DNA of 63,534 nucleotides, the filler included, from Octopus bimaculoides (lineage: Eukaryota), in NCBI RefSeq assembly GCF_001194135.2. It is 6 parts of 6 records of this genome, joined end to end, with 100 filler letters (N's around TTAATTAATTAA, not from the genome) between each part and the next. Parts side by side here need not be neighbours in the genome. Positions count along the whole stretch, not along the records: positions 1 to 25,585 come from NC_068987.1; 5 more parts are not named here. One strand, given 5' to 3'. How positions within the stretch are numbered: the stretch's first letter is position 1; the number at the start of each line of letters is the position of its first letter. Below, piece after piece: positions 1 through 12,441 of the stretch. The notes beneath the pieces are model-generated. The model saw only the letters and a program-made list of their open reading frames with translations. It was not told the origin of the DNA and did no database searches. The position numbers and the translations under genes were made by a program.

Positions 1-100
1 ATATATATACATATATATACATATGTATATATACATATATATATACATATATATACATATATATACATATATATATACATACATATATATACACATATAT

Positions 101-145
<45 letters not shown>

Positions 146-184
146 TTGGCTAAACTGGCAATATGACCATCCCCAAGTACAACA

Positions 185-216
<32 letters not shown>

Positions 217-293
217 ATATATATATACACACATATATATATATATACATATATACATATATATATATATACATATATACATATATATATATA
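1..293. repeat. (TA)n/(CA)n compound microsatellite
   Basis: Direct reading; interrupted by ~55 bp of unique sequence. Confidence 0.95.
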
Positions 294-295
294 TA

Positions 296-1014
296 AAAAT
301 AGGATAAAATCTTTATCAGAATTTATCAAGTAGTCAGCAGGAAAAACCTCGTAAGGGAAAAATTTATAATTATGCCTTTTAAATATATTTATTTATATTA
401 AGGGCATTACTACACATAAATGCCTCACGTTATGAGGGACTCTTAAAGTCAAAACTACTATAATGAATATAGTGTACTGAACGCGAGGGAATGCAAATCT
501 TGAACCGAACTCTTAAAAACAGATTCAGCCGCAAATCATATATGATTTCATAGTTAGTGCACAAAATACACTTTCTAATCGTCAGTGCAGGCATAATCAA
601 GACATAAAAATGAACAAAAAAAAAATCAACATACCAGACGAACACCAAATGTATCCAGCATAGTACATGGAGCTGTTCACTCTTATATATCTATGTAAGA
701 GGCGGACTTTTCGAATTGCATCTCTGTACACGTGTATATTCAGAATAATTCAGCACTGAATTATTCCGGTTAAATTTAAAATTTAAAAATAGGAGAAAAT
801 CTTTATAAGAATTTATCAAGTAGTCAGCGTGAAAGTGTATTTTGTACACTAACTATGAAATCATATATGATTTGCGTCTGAATCTGTTTTTAAGAGTTCG
901 GTTCAAGATTTGCATTCCCTCCCGTTCAGTACACTGTTTTTATTTATTATGGTAGTTTTGACTTTAAGAGTCCCTCATAGCGTGAGGTATTTATGTATAG
1001 TAATACCACCCTTA

Positions 1015-1015
<1 letters not shown>
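296..1015. repeat. Composite repeat: ~175-bp inverted repeat (400-575 vs 831-1013) plus 43-bp direct repeat (296-338 vs 786-828); probably a rearranged mobile-element terminus
   Basis: GAAAGTGTATTTTGT(A/G)CACTAACTATGAAATCATATATGATTTGC... at 831 is the reverse complement of 400-575. AAAATAGGA(T/G)AAAATCTTTAT...TCAAGTAGTCAGC occurs twice. Confidence 0.85.
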
Positions 1016-1062
<47 letters not shown>

Positions 1063-1678
1063 GTATGTATGTATATATTTATGTGTGTGTGTCTTCGTGT
1101 CTATGTTTGTCCTTCCACCATCGCTTGACAACCAATGTTGGTGTGTTTATGTCCCCGTAACTTAAGGATTGACCGATAAAATAAGTACTAGGCTTACAAA
1201 GAATAAATCCTGGGGTCGATTTCTGAATGACTGAAACAAATAAAAGTAAAAGAAAAAATTTATATTGTGCTTCTTGTGTGTGCAAATAGATGTACGACTG
1301 CTATTGTTAAGCTATAGATTCTCATAGGCCCGTCTGTTTCCAGTATAGTGGTTAATGAACTATAATATTTTAGTATTGCTAGTTATGAAATACAAAGCAA
1401 ATATTGGAGCAATTCCGACACAAACATGTTTATATTATTAGTTCCAACGTATGTTGCACCATTATGGTTGCCTGGAACCATAATAGCGTAACATACGTTT
1501 GAATAAAATGTTTCCGCTCAGGTTAAGCATCCAAATGCCCTTCGAACATCCAATGCAGGTTTCCAAGTATCCATAATGGCGTAACGTAACGTACGTAGGG
1601 GTTAATAATGTTAACTTGTATTCCTCATGCTATATTATTAACATTATCCTGCGTTTGAGAATAAAATTATTTTCTTAT

Positions 1679-1737
<59 letters not shown>

Positions 1738-3867
1738 GATAGATAGATAGATAGATAGATAGTACTTTAAGTGTTTTAGTTGCATGAGATTTTTATATGT
1801 AGAGAGTTAATTTTAAATTATTGTTTAAGCTCACTTTTAATACTCGGAACAATTATATCTTGTCGCTGTTAAAGGTTATCGTGTCCTAGTTTCGTTGTAG
1901 AATGTGCTTGTGTTCTTTGTTCATTGTAGCAATACATGTGATTGAAGCCTGTGTTTAGAGTTTAAGGAATGATTAATGGTATCAGACCTGGCAGCGTGTA
2001 TGTGTTTTAGAAATGATGGCGAGTAAATCGATGCAGAAAAGGGAAGGTATGAGAGACATTATCAAACCCTAAAATACACCAAATTTGATATAATAGGATC
2101 AAAGATAGCCGTATCAGTACATGCATCTTTAGAGCGCTTCTCAAAACAATTTCGTTTCGTTTCATGAGATGAATAATATGTAGAGCCAAGAAGAGAATAA
2201 CTTACCTAAGATGCTCTCGAACTGTCGTCAAGTGTAACATACAATTTCTTTTGCCTAAAGCCATGAAGGTAATAAAATATTAAGGTAAGATATAAGATAC
2301 CAACTCGCCGTTAAACTTAGCTCTACAGAAACTATAGTGGTTGGCACTGAGAACAGACAGACTCAATGTAATAAAAAATGGTAATTGTTTACGCTTATTT
2401 CTATCACCTTACCGGCTTGGTACTTTATTGATCAACCCCAAAAATAGGGAAAGACGATGTTGACTTCGGCGGGATTATCACTCAGACCGAAGGGAATCAG
2501 GACGTCTACCACAAAGTATTCTGTGCGACAATCTAACGATTCTGCCAATTTGCTGCTGTACTCCATCTCATATACACTTCAACGGTCAACATATACTATT
2601 CTAGTCGACAAAGCATCTTTTTATATATAGTAATGCATAAATAATTCCATTGAGAGGTCAGACTCTTTGCAACATGTGCGTATCTGTATCCGGAATAATG
2701 TGTCCTCCCTGTTGACTCTATAAGTGTAACATAATCCTAAAGTAACCATGTACGTTTTATTCCGAACCAAGAGGCCCGAGTGCATTGATGATTTTAGTTG
2801 CCATTGGTTAAGAATTTGAGAAGCATAGATATTGAACAAATTGCTTGCTGCCACAAGTTTAATCCCTGCAGAGATTACAGGACAAGTTGCTTGAAGGTCG
2901 GCTGTTCGTATCCTCTTCCCGTAGGATTGTATCTTGTTTATGACCAAGACGCACAACTTTGTTATAATTCAAGTCCCGCTTAAATTGTACAGAGATGATC
3001 AAACTGTTAATGACTCAATGCAACAAGTAGCGATAGGTACGTAAAATTTACAAATGGTTCAACTTGCAGGGTTGAGTTTTATCTATTCTGTAGATTTGGA
3101 GAAGATTGTCCAGGACTCAGTCTCTGCAACAACAGCTCTTTCAATAATTAAGTTCGATGGGATTTAATGAAGATAACCTATATCAGAACATATATAAGAT
3201 CAGAAGGTCAAAGGCAATGTTAGTTCCCAGTAGGATTAGTGTTCCGAACGAAAAGGATTGAAACTAAATATTGAAATGATTTCAGTACTCAACCGTTTTT
3301 ATCATTACTCTGCAGCTTCTTAGAAGCAAATAATGGATCAATATATCGACTTTACAGGTAGAAATTAATAGGACAGTAGAGCGTCGAACTACATGTATTC
3401 ACAATCTTTGTCTTGAGCTTAAATACCTCTGCAATGCACTTTATCTTGTATCACTTCGGGTCGATAAGACATATTACAGTTATAATAATGATATATATCT
3501 AATTGATTAGTCCCCGGTTCTACAACAATTTATCTTGAACCATTGCAGGAAATCAGTTTATTGAATTTTAGATTATTCTAGCGTTATTTAATCTCTCGAA
3601 AATTTCTGTTTTAGAAAACGGTATCCAAAGGATAGCCATAATATTCTAAAGTACATATAGTGTTTACATTGTAATGCTTGCTCAAACAGTTTGAATCATT
3701 ATAAAGATGTCACTGTTATGATCTAACTAAACACTTATCTTTCTGGAAACATGTTACCTTATCATATTGATAATTCTCTTATCAGTAAATAAATGTTATC
3801 CTAGACAACGATATAACAAATAGGTTACATCCTCTCGACATTATAGTTGAACTAATAACGTTATATC

Positions 3868-3943
<76 letters not shown>

Positions 3944-3944
<1 letters not shown>

Positions 3945-4350
3945 TTGATGTATCAATACCAGCAGATGACAACGTTTCTCTAAAAGAAATGGAAAAACTT
4001 TCAAAATACAATGACCTGGAAATAGAGATAACTCGAATGTGGAATCTAAAAACAGAAACAATTCCTATCATAGTAGGTGCCTTAGGTATAATAAAAAAAT
4101 ATTCAGACAAATACATAACAAAAACACCAGGACTTACAAATATATATAACATACAGTAAATTGCACTACTGGGTACTGCACACATTCTACGCAAAACACT
4201 TTCAATACAGTAAACATAAGAGCACCACAGCACATACCCAAGGCGCACAGAGCTGCGCTCGGTAGTGAAGTGAAAGCACGTTATAAAAATAAAACTACTG
4301 AACAATAATAATAATGATAATAATAATGATGATGATGATGATGATGATGA
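3944..4350 (+). mobile_element. 3' fragment of an R4/Dong-like RLE non-LTR retrotransposon (endonuclease C-terminus, 3' UTR, (AAT/GAT)n tail), directly after an (AAT)n tract at 3869-3943
   Basis: Translates to IDVSIPADDNVSLKEMEKLSKYNDLEIEITRMWNLKTETIPIIVGALGII..., a typical restriction-like endonuclease C-terminus, with one internal stop. Confidence 0.85.
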
Positions 4351-4560
4351 TTTCAAATTTTGATACAAGACCAGCAATTTTGGGGGAGGCGATAAATCGA
4401 GTGCATCGATCCCAGTGTTCAACTGGTACTTATTTTATTCACCCCTAAGAGAGGAAAGACAAAGTCGACCTTGGTGGAATTTGAACTCAGAACGTAAAGT
4501 CGGACGAAATGCTGCTCAGCATTTTTCCCGGCATGCTAACGATTCTGCCTGCTCGCCACC
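4345..4560 (-). mobile_element. tRNA-derived SINE, family A; further copies at ~2390-2550, 3220-3400, 5185-5390, 8950-9108, 14890-15100, 20570-21300, 21310-21530(+), 42935-43170(+), 53400-53690
   Basis: Shared core GGCGAGCTGGCAGAATCGTTAGCA...GTTCTGAGTTCAAATTCCGCCGAGGTCGACTTTGCCTTTCATCC...AAGTACCAG recurs through the window, with A-box-like and B-box-like motifs. Confidence 0.9.
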
Positions 4561-4610
<50 letters not shown>

Positions 4611-4611
<1 letters not shown>

Positions 4612-5117
4612 GATGCTCTGATGCAGTACCAGGCAGTAGCTGTCATGGTTTCTGATCTTAATTGATTGGAAGTATTATCAGGTACAAATGTTATCAAGTG
4701 TTATCATATTTTGTATAAAAGATGAGCTACAGCAAATATTCTGTTCAATACCACAGATTTGCTTGTCAGTTGCTTGACCTTAACCAGTTCAGCATGTCCC
4801 TTGGTGGCTGTTGATATGCGCATCTCTGATCACGAGCAGAAGACGCCGGTGAACATCATAGTCATGTGTTTAGAGGAATTCTTTGGAGTTTGAATAATTC
4901 ACCTCGGGAAACATGGGTGTTTCGTTCAATATTTTTAAACACCCGTTATTCAGAGACCTTTTGAGCAAGATAGGCTCCTCGACTTGATATGCGATCACCA
5001 TGTCGTGTACATATGGTTGTGATACATGTGCCTGGTGTACCCTTATCAGACGGGTAGTCATGAGGGGTATACTGGGCTTCGTATATTTGTACCCCAGTGT
5101 CCCTTTGATGGCATGCA
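4611..5117. mobile_element. Interspersed-repeat fragment bounded by (AAT)n and (CT)n tracts, possibly the 5' region of an RLE LINE
   Basis: Abuts an (AAT)n tract as the Dong-like fragment does; short minus-strand ORF 4870-5118 has no recognisable motif. The identity is inference. Confidence 0.35.
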
Positions 5118-5969
5118 CTGCTCTCTCTCTCTCTCAATAATAATAATAATAATTATTATTATTATTATTATTATTATTATTTCTACTCTAGGCACAAGGC
5201 CTTGAAAATTTAAGAGGAAGAGGGCTAGCAGATTACATCGACCCCAGTGCGTAACTGGTACTTATTTCATCACCCCCGAAAGGATGAAAGGCAAAGTTGA
5301 CCTCGGCAGAATTTCAACTCAGAACGTAGCGACAGACGAAATACCGCTGAGCATTTCGCCAGGCGTGCTAACGGTCCTGCCAGCTTGCCACCATGATAAT
5401 GATGATGATGATGATAATAATAAGTTGGACTGGCCAAAATTCTTGAAACATCTAAAGATTGGGTGCTAAAACTCGTTGAAAAACACAAGAGGGGTAAGAA
5501 GCCTAATTCTGCCATGAAGGAGAGCAAAAGACTTGTTACTGAGTTCATGCATGGTACCGAGATTTGAATAGCATGAGGGAACTGCGGTAACTGTTGTTGC
5601 AAAGAAGATGAAATCAATGGCAAGGAAAGAATTGCAAATATGTGTCCCATAGCAAACAAACTGATATTGACCAGGGGCACACTCATCAGTGGTAACGCAG
5701 CTCAAGGTTAAAGGCAAATAGCGTTGGTTTCACCATAGCTGCTCAGGATCAAAACTTATTGATCAGGAATTTCCAAGCCAACGTGAGGAAAATCGGAGCA
5801 GACCCAACTCGCCAAGTCTGCAACGATGAGATTGAAACAGTGAACCACCTAAGTTCAGAATAAGCAATCAGGTGTGTTTATTTTAATGGCCTATCAATGT
5901 ATACAGTGAGTTTCTTACCCTACGTATTAGGAAGACAACCGACAAGAAATAGAAACAAAATAGAAAAAA

Positions 5970-6130
5970 AAGCAAACAACAACAGCAACGACAACAACGA
6001 CGACAGCAACAGCAGCAGCGGCAGCAGCGGCAGCAGCAGGGACAGCAGCAGCAGCAGCAACAGCAACAACAACAACAAGAGCGGCAACAGTGGTGGCGGT
6101 AAGAGCAAAAGCAACAACAACAACAACAAG
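5970..6130. repeat. (CAA)/(CAG)/(CGA) trinucleotide low-complexity tract
   Basis: Direct reading; accounts for the poly-N/S and poly-L ORFs in the track. Confidence 0.9.
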
Positions 6131-6235
6131 AATGCTTTCAAATTTTGGCTCATGGTCTGAAATTTTGGTGGAAGGGGCTAGGCGATAACATTAACCCCAG
6201 TGATCAGCTGCTACTTATTTTATCGATACCTTAAA

Positions 6236-6510
6236 CCAAAAACAGCTTTAATTTGTGCAACACAGGAGCCAGCTTTGAGGACAAACTATGTTAAGCACAA
6301 TATTGACAACTCAGCTGCAACAGAAAAATGTAGGATGTGCGGAGAAAAGGGAGAAACTGGGTGGCATATCACCAGTCAATGCACAAAGCTGGCATAGAAA
6401 GAATACAAGTGGCGCCATGATAGTGTAGCAAAAATCGTTCATTGGGGGTTTTGTGAAAAATACGGTCTTGAAAGAGCAAGCCAGTAGTATGAGCACAAAC
6501 CAGAAGTTAC
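6236..6510 (+). mobile_element. R4/Dong-like LINE fragment (CCHC zinc-knuckle region)
   Basis: TALICATQEPALRTNYVKHNIDNSAATEKCRMCGEKGETGWHITSQCTKLA*KEYKWRHDSVAKIVHW: C-x2-C-x8-H-x4-C followed by the RHD motif. Confidence 0.85.
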
Positions 6511-6606
6511 GGGGACACACCAACACCGGTTGTCAAGCGGTGGTGGGGATAAACACAGATACACACAAATATACATACATACACTCACACACACACACGC
6601 ACACAC

Positions 6607-6672
<66 letters not shown>

Positions 6673-7423
6673 NNNNNNNNNNNNNNNNNNNNNNNNNNNN
6701 NNNNNNNNNNNNNNNNNNNNNNNNNNNNNNNNNNNNNNNNNNNNNNNNNNNNNNNNNNNNNNNNNNNNNNNNNNNNNNNNNNNNNNNNNNNNNNNNNNNN
6801 NNNNNNNNNNNNNNNNNNNNNNNNNNNNNNNNNNNNNNNNNNNNNNNNNNNNNNNNNNNNNNNNNNNNNNNNNNNNNNNNNNNNNNNNNNNNNNNNNNNN
6901 NNNNNNNNNNNNNNNNNNNNNNNNNNNNNNNNNNNNNNNNNNNNNNNNNNNNNNNNNNNNNNNNNNNNNNNNNNNNNNNNNNNNNNNNNNNNNNNNNNNN
7001 NNNNNNNNNNNNNNNNNNNNNNNNNNNNNNNNNNNNNNNNNNNNNNNNNNNNNNNNNNNNNNNNNNNNNNNNNNNNNNNNNNNNNNNNNNNNNNNNNNNN
7101 NNNNNNNNNNNNNNNNNNNNNNNNNNNNNNNNNNNNNNNNNNNNNNNNNNNNNNNNNNNNNNNNNNNNNNNNNNNNNNNNNNNNNNNNNNNNNNNNNNNN
7201 NNNNNNNNNNNNNNNNNNNNNNNNNNNNNNNNNNNNNNNNNNNNNNNNNNNNNNNNNNNNNNNNNNNNNNNNNNNNNNNNNNNNNNNNNNNNNNNNNNNN
7301 NNNNNNNNNNNNNNNNNNNNNNNNNNNNNNNNNNNNNNNNNNNNNNNNNNNNNNNNNNNNNNNNNNNNNNNNNNNNNNNNNNNNNNNNNNNNNNNNNNNN
7401 NNNATATATATATATATATATAT

Positions 7424-7790
7424 ATACGATGGGCTTCTTTTAGTCTCTATCTATGAAATCCAGTCGCAAGGCTTAGGTCGGCTCAAGGCTATAGTAGAAG
7501 ACACTAGCCTAGTGGTTTCCAACCTGGGATTCGTGGACCCCTGATGGTCCGCAAATGTAGTGCTAGAGGTCCTTGAACTAAATTCAAAATTTCATATACA
7601 TACATACATACATATATACATACATACATGCATACATACATAAGGATAAGCATATTAAAAAAGGTCCGTGGGAAAATTCATTTAAATAAAAGGGCTGAGA
7701 ACAACTGCACTAGCCCAAGGTGCCACGCAGTGGGACTGAACCCAGAACCATATAGTTTGGAACCAAGCTCCTTACGACACAGTCACTTCT
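7424..7790 (-). mobile_element. SINE family C copy interrupted by a hAT MITE; other copies at ~42560-42720(+), 49660-49800(-), 54010-54150
   Basis: GGCTATAGTAGAAGACAC[insert]CCCAAGGTGCCACGCAGTGGGACTGAACCC matches the uninterrupted copy at 49690-49750. Confidence 0.85.
7510..7707. mobile_element. hAT-type MITE with 8-bp TSD CACTAGCC
   Basis: Termini TAGTGGTTTCCAACC...GGCTGAGAACAACTG; identical CACTAGCC at 7502-7509 and 7708-7715. Confidence 0.85.
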
Positions 7791-8327
7791 ACACTTATTA
7801 GTAACATATCAAAGGAAAATTGTAACAAAATGAAAAAAATTTAAATTTCGTATATATCATTTAAATGCTAAATAGACTCTGTATATATCAAAATCATAGT
7901 AACATTTAGAAACAACAGATCTGACTCTTCTTTATTTTCTTAAATCAAGTTTTTTGTTCTTTTATAGATATGCCACACTTAACACCCCATCAGTTGTCTT
8001 GTTCACCTACATGGTGTTATTTCCTTACCAGTACACATACAGCCAGTCAGGTGAGTTACTTCTTATGCTTCTCCTGTTTATTCTACGAGGGAATATTGAA
8101 AGGTTTCTGGCTTTAAGGGTATTGTGAAATCCCTGGTTGTAGACCCAACCTTCCGTGTTCTTTTACAGGGCTTAGAAAAACTGAGGGACCACTGCAAAAA
8201 GTGTGTAATTCTGGGAGGGGAATATATTGAATAAAATCATAAATAACAAATTCTACTATATTTTCTTTTACACAAAGCCAGGAACTTTTCAACACCCCCT
8301 ACATAAGGTGCTAAATAGATTTTTAAT

Positions 8328-8672
8328 TGTTGGCACTCCGTCACTTACGACGTCGAGGGTTCCAGTTGATCCGATCAATGGCTGAGCACTCCACAGACAC
8401 ATGTACCCTTAACGTAGTTCTCGGGGATATTCAGTGTGACACAGTGTGACAAGGCTGACCCTTTGAATTACAGGCACAACAGAAACAGGAAGTAAGAGTG
8501 AGAGAAAGTTGTGGTAAAAGAGTACAGCAGGGTTTGCCACCATGCCTGCCGGAGCCTCGTGGAGCTTTAGGTGTTTTCGCTCAATAAACACTCACAACGC
8601 CCGGTCTGGGAATCGAAACCGCGATCTTATGACCGCGAGTCCGCTGCCCAAACCACTGGGCCATTGCGCCTC
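8328..8672 (-). mobile_element. tRNA-derived SINE, family B; other copies at 19105-19489, ~51400-51615, 55280-55522
   Basis: Minus strand starts GGCGCAATGGCCCAGTGGTT...GCGGACTCGCGGTC...GGTTTCGATTCCCAGACC (tRNA-like head) and ends ...GGAACCCTCGACGTCGTAAGTGACGGAGTGCCAACA. Confidence 0.9.
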
Positions 8673-10974
8673 TACAGATTTTGAATACAGGTTTAAAAAA
8701 TAACATGACAGAGAGAGAGGGGTGGAGAGAGCCTAATAGACACAAAGACAACGAAAAAGTGAGAGAGGGGCCTATGTATGGATGTAAGTAGAATTACTAA
8801 GCTGAAAAGATCAGAGCCTGTTATAATAAGCGTACAAGAGACGAAAAGAAGACAAAATTTTACATCGAGTCAATATTTAAGGAGTGTTCATTAGTACGAC
8901 CTTATGTAGCATATGGATGACATCTTATGAAACTGTGTTAGTAGATTTCATCGACCACAGTCCTCTACTGGCACTTATTTTAGCGACCCTGAAAGGATGG
9001 AAGACAAAGTTGACCTCGGCTACATTTGAACCTACAACATAATAACAGGCAGAATGCCACTTGGCATTTTGCCCGGCGTGCTAACGATTCTGCTAGCTCG
9101 CCACCTTAACTTCTTTTTTTTTTATGAAATATAATGAGTTTTTCAATGAGAGAGAGTTGTAATGGATGCGTTCTATTTTGGAAGGCGAAGATGATGATGT
9201 TGATGCTGAATCCAATAAAGAAAGACAGTGGCCGAAGTTGTAGATAACATATTTATTTCACCATTACATATAATAAAAGCCAAACCACGACGGGCAGGTG
9301 TGCATAAAAACAGTCGGAAAACATACGAGGTAACGAGAGTTATATTTTCTTTGTAAAAGGTAGATAGCGTTGGACTTATGTTTTCCCATATTCCCTGTCG
9401 TTCTAGCAGCAGTATCTAAATAGATCAAGTGATGTTGAAACAAAAGTGAGTGAGTGAGAAAGTAAGAGACAACTGTATCGCTGGTGGATTCCATAACTGT
9501 CCTTCTATCACGTTCTGTCGAGACAGTAATTCTGTGCCAATTACCCTACTCTTTGTCGGTCGCTCTCACACATTCCTTTTTCTTTACAAAATGCTAGTAT
9601 TTATAATTCTGCAGACTAGCTAGGAAGATGGATATACCGTTATAACAATGGCTAAATTAATGTAGGTCGCACTTTGTTTACCTAAACTTTCTATGGTATA
9701 CCAAGGTCCTGGGTCAAACGGAAAACGCATTAATCAGCGTTCCCTTCTGACAGGACAACAGGTCGTATGATTAGAGATAATTTCTAGATTCGGTTTCGAA
9801 TTTCAGGCAGGCAAGGCCAAACAAGATCCTACAGAGTGATACCTTTTGTGTATGTACGTACGTACATGTATATGTGTAGAAAAAAAAATGATACCTGTTG
9901 GGTCAAAGAGATACCATTTCATGTGTATCGTAAACAACTCAGATCTGATTCGAATCCAATACGGCGAGCAAGAAATTTATACAGCACACTTGCTGCATAC
10001 AGCATTCAATTGTACTACCTCATAGTATTTATTTAGATTTGAGACTTAAGGAACATGCTTAGTACACAGGCCGGTGACATGGATACATACTGCGTATTCT
10101 AAGTCGGTAGTTTAATAATCACCAACTTGGCAAACTATTCTTACCAGACAGTGAAAATCGTGAGAATGCTTTGAATCTGTGGTACATTGACACTGCGTCT
10201 CTGAGCATAGAGGAGATCTACCCGGGATCTTGTCAGAGCAGAGCATACATCGTCTACCCGTTCAAACAGGCTAGGCTATTTATTTTGCAACGCTTGGAAC
10301 ATGTTAAATTTGTGTTCGAACCTGGGTTATTAAATTCTTCAAGAATATATACTTCCCACAGAACAGTTGTTCAATGCTTTTATACAACCCGAATGTAAGG
10401 CGATATGTTTCATTGTACTGTATTACAACATTGTACTGTGCGTGTACGGTGATATTATTATAATATGAAAATTACAGTGTTTGCAGTGTCATGTTATGCT
10501 GTTTGTTTTATAAGGTATTGTTATTCTACATATGTCACTATATACTAGTACTGATATTTTGTATTTCTGCTGTCTTTACTGTCAAATCCTCGCGTGTTTT
10601 ATGCTTGTTATGGCAACTTGGGATACAATGAAATACTCGTTATAAATACAAAAACAATAAATTGTATTTCAATAGATGGAAATACGATAACACGATGTTT
10701 ACAGCCTTAATAGAATAATTACTACCGATAATGTAGTTTGCATCAGTTATGATTGATATTTTATCTCTCGAGTTTTCATCCGTATATATATATATGTATT
10801 ATAAAAAGTGAGCAAGCTGAAATAAGTTATTTTGCCGTTAAGAGGAAAATTCTAATTTCTATTCCTCTTAGTTCTTATTTACTTTTTCTGTTTACTATTT
10901 ACCGATACAGACCATCACTTTCTCCTTTAGATTCTGATGATTCACTTTGATTTGGATACTGTGTTTAGTATAGA

Positions 10975-11250
10975 GGGCGAAGGCGTGTGGCTTAGTGGTT
11001 AGGATATTTAGCTCACGAACGCAAGGTCGTAAGTTCGATTCCCGGCGACGCGTTGTGTCCTCGTGCAAGACACTTTATTTCACGTTGCCCCAATCCACTC
11101 ATCTGGCAAAAATGAGTAGTACCTATATTTCAAAAGGTCAGCCTTGTTACATTCTGTGTCACGCTGTATCTCCTTGAGAACTACGTTAAGGGTACATGCT
11201 CACCCATATGCACTTTAATTTCACGAGCAGGCTGTTCCGCTGATCGGGTC
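10975..11250 (+). mobile_element. tRNA-derived SINE (family D head fused to a family-B-like 3' part); related copies at ~23960-24180(-), 53780-53880(-), 56960-57160(-)
   Basis: A box TGGCTTAGTGG, B box GTTCGATTCC, core GTGTCCTCGTGCAAGACACTTT. Confidence 0.85.
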
Positions 11251-11257
11251 AAAGTTA

Positions 11258-12441
11258 AAATTGCTTACGATTTGGGAAAAAGATATGGTCAGATAAATCA
11301 TCTTTTCATGAATAATATAAAGATTTATGCGAAAAATAAGAAACAGCTTGAAACATTTTCTCAAATGACGTAGGTATGGAATTTGAGATAGAAAAGTACG
11401 CTATATTCAAAATGAAACGAGGAAGATTTGAAAGAAGCCAGCAAATTGAAATGCCTAATGGGCAAACAATAAGAGCGGTTGAGAAAGGACAGTGACATCA
11501 GAACTTGAGAATACTGGAAACAGACGAGATTAAAAAATGAAGAAATGAAACAAATTACCAGTAGGGAGTACGCAAGGAGAGTCAGAAAATTAATGCAGTC
11601 AAAGTTGAATTCTAAAAATCTTATTAAAGCAAAAAATTCAAGCACTCTTAATAAGATATGGAGTTGGAATTATAGACTGGACCAGAAACGATATAAAGAA
11701 TCTTGACAAAAAAACTAAGAAGTTGTTGCTGTATGGAGCCCACCATCCGAAAGCTGATACTAATCGGCTGTACTTGAAGAGAGACCAGGGTGGAAGAGGC
11801 TTAATAGCAGTGGAAGAATGTGTACAGATGAAAAGAAAAAGTTAGTAGAGTATTTACAGAGCAGCGCAGAAAATCTAGTAAAGACAGTAAAGAACATGTA
11901 GTGAAGCACGTAATTGGAGAAAAGGACAAGAATGAAATACAAAGAGAGTACGTCAGACAGATCAGAGAGAAACCTCTGCATGGCCAGTTTTAGAAAGCCA
12001 CTGAAGACGCATGTGGAACAAATTCCTGGGCTTGTTTAAGAAATGAGCAATTAAATAAAGAAACAGAGAGCTTAATTGTAGCAGCCCAAGATGAAGCGAT
12101 AAAAACAAATAACTTGTGAAAAAATATATATGGAGAGAATGTCTCAGAAAAATAGTGGAACTTAGAGCGAGCCTGTGGAACGTGGAGCGAGCCTGTGGAA
12201 CTTGGAGCGAGACAGTGGCACACATTGTGGCAAAATGTTCCAAGTTGGCACAGGAAGAATATAAGAAATGGAGGCACGACCGGGTTGTAAATGTAATACA
12301 CTGGAAACTGTGCCAGAAATGGGGATTTGAAGATGGAAACACTTGATACAATCATCGAGTCGAAAGAATATTGGAGTCGAAGGGACTTGCCTATTCAAAC
12401 GGACAAGAAATTAGAAAATAATACACCAGATATAACCATTG
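11258..12441 (+). mobile_element. Degenerate R4/Dong-like LINE: RT C-terminus, zinc knuckle, start of the RLE domain; cut by a mariner at 12442
   Basis: Fragments YKYLGILET..., LYLKRDQGGRGLIAVEEC, ETESLIVAAQDEAIKT, ETVAHIVAKCSKLAQEEYKKWRHDRV, ENNTPDITIV, with multiple stops and frameshifts. Confidence 0.85.

Noticed and set aside
1430-1612. Degenerate ~50-bp inverted repeat
   Set aside because: Probably an old MITE remnant, too decayed to classify.
5466-5717. Minus ORF with CVTTDECAPGQYQFVC, superficially EGF-like
   Set aside because: Cys spacing does not fit EGF, and no convincing splice sites were found.
6453-7544. Long ORFs in the track spanning N gaps or microsatellites (also 29415-30347, 55326-56241, 59457-60427, and poly-HT/CV/YI/L ORFs)
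   Set aside because: Open only because of Ns or dinucleotide and trinucleotide repeats; no coding signal.
10975-11050. tRNA-like A and B boxes (also in SINE families A and B)
   Set aside because: They continue into multi-copy SINE bodies and lack a complete cloverleaf; these are SINE heads, not tRNA genes.
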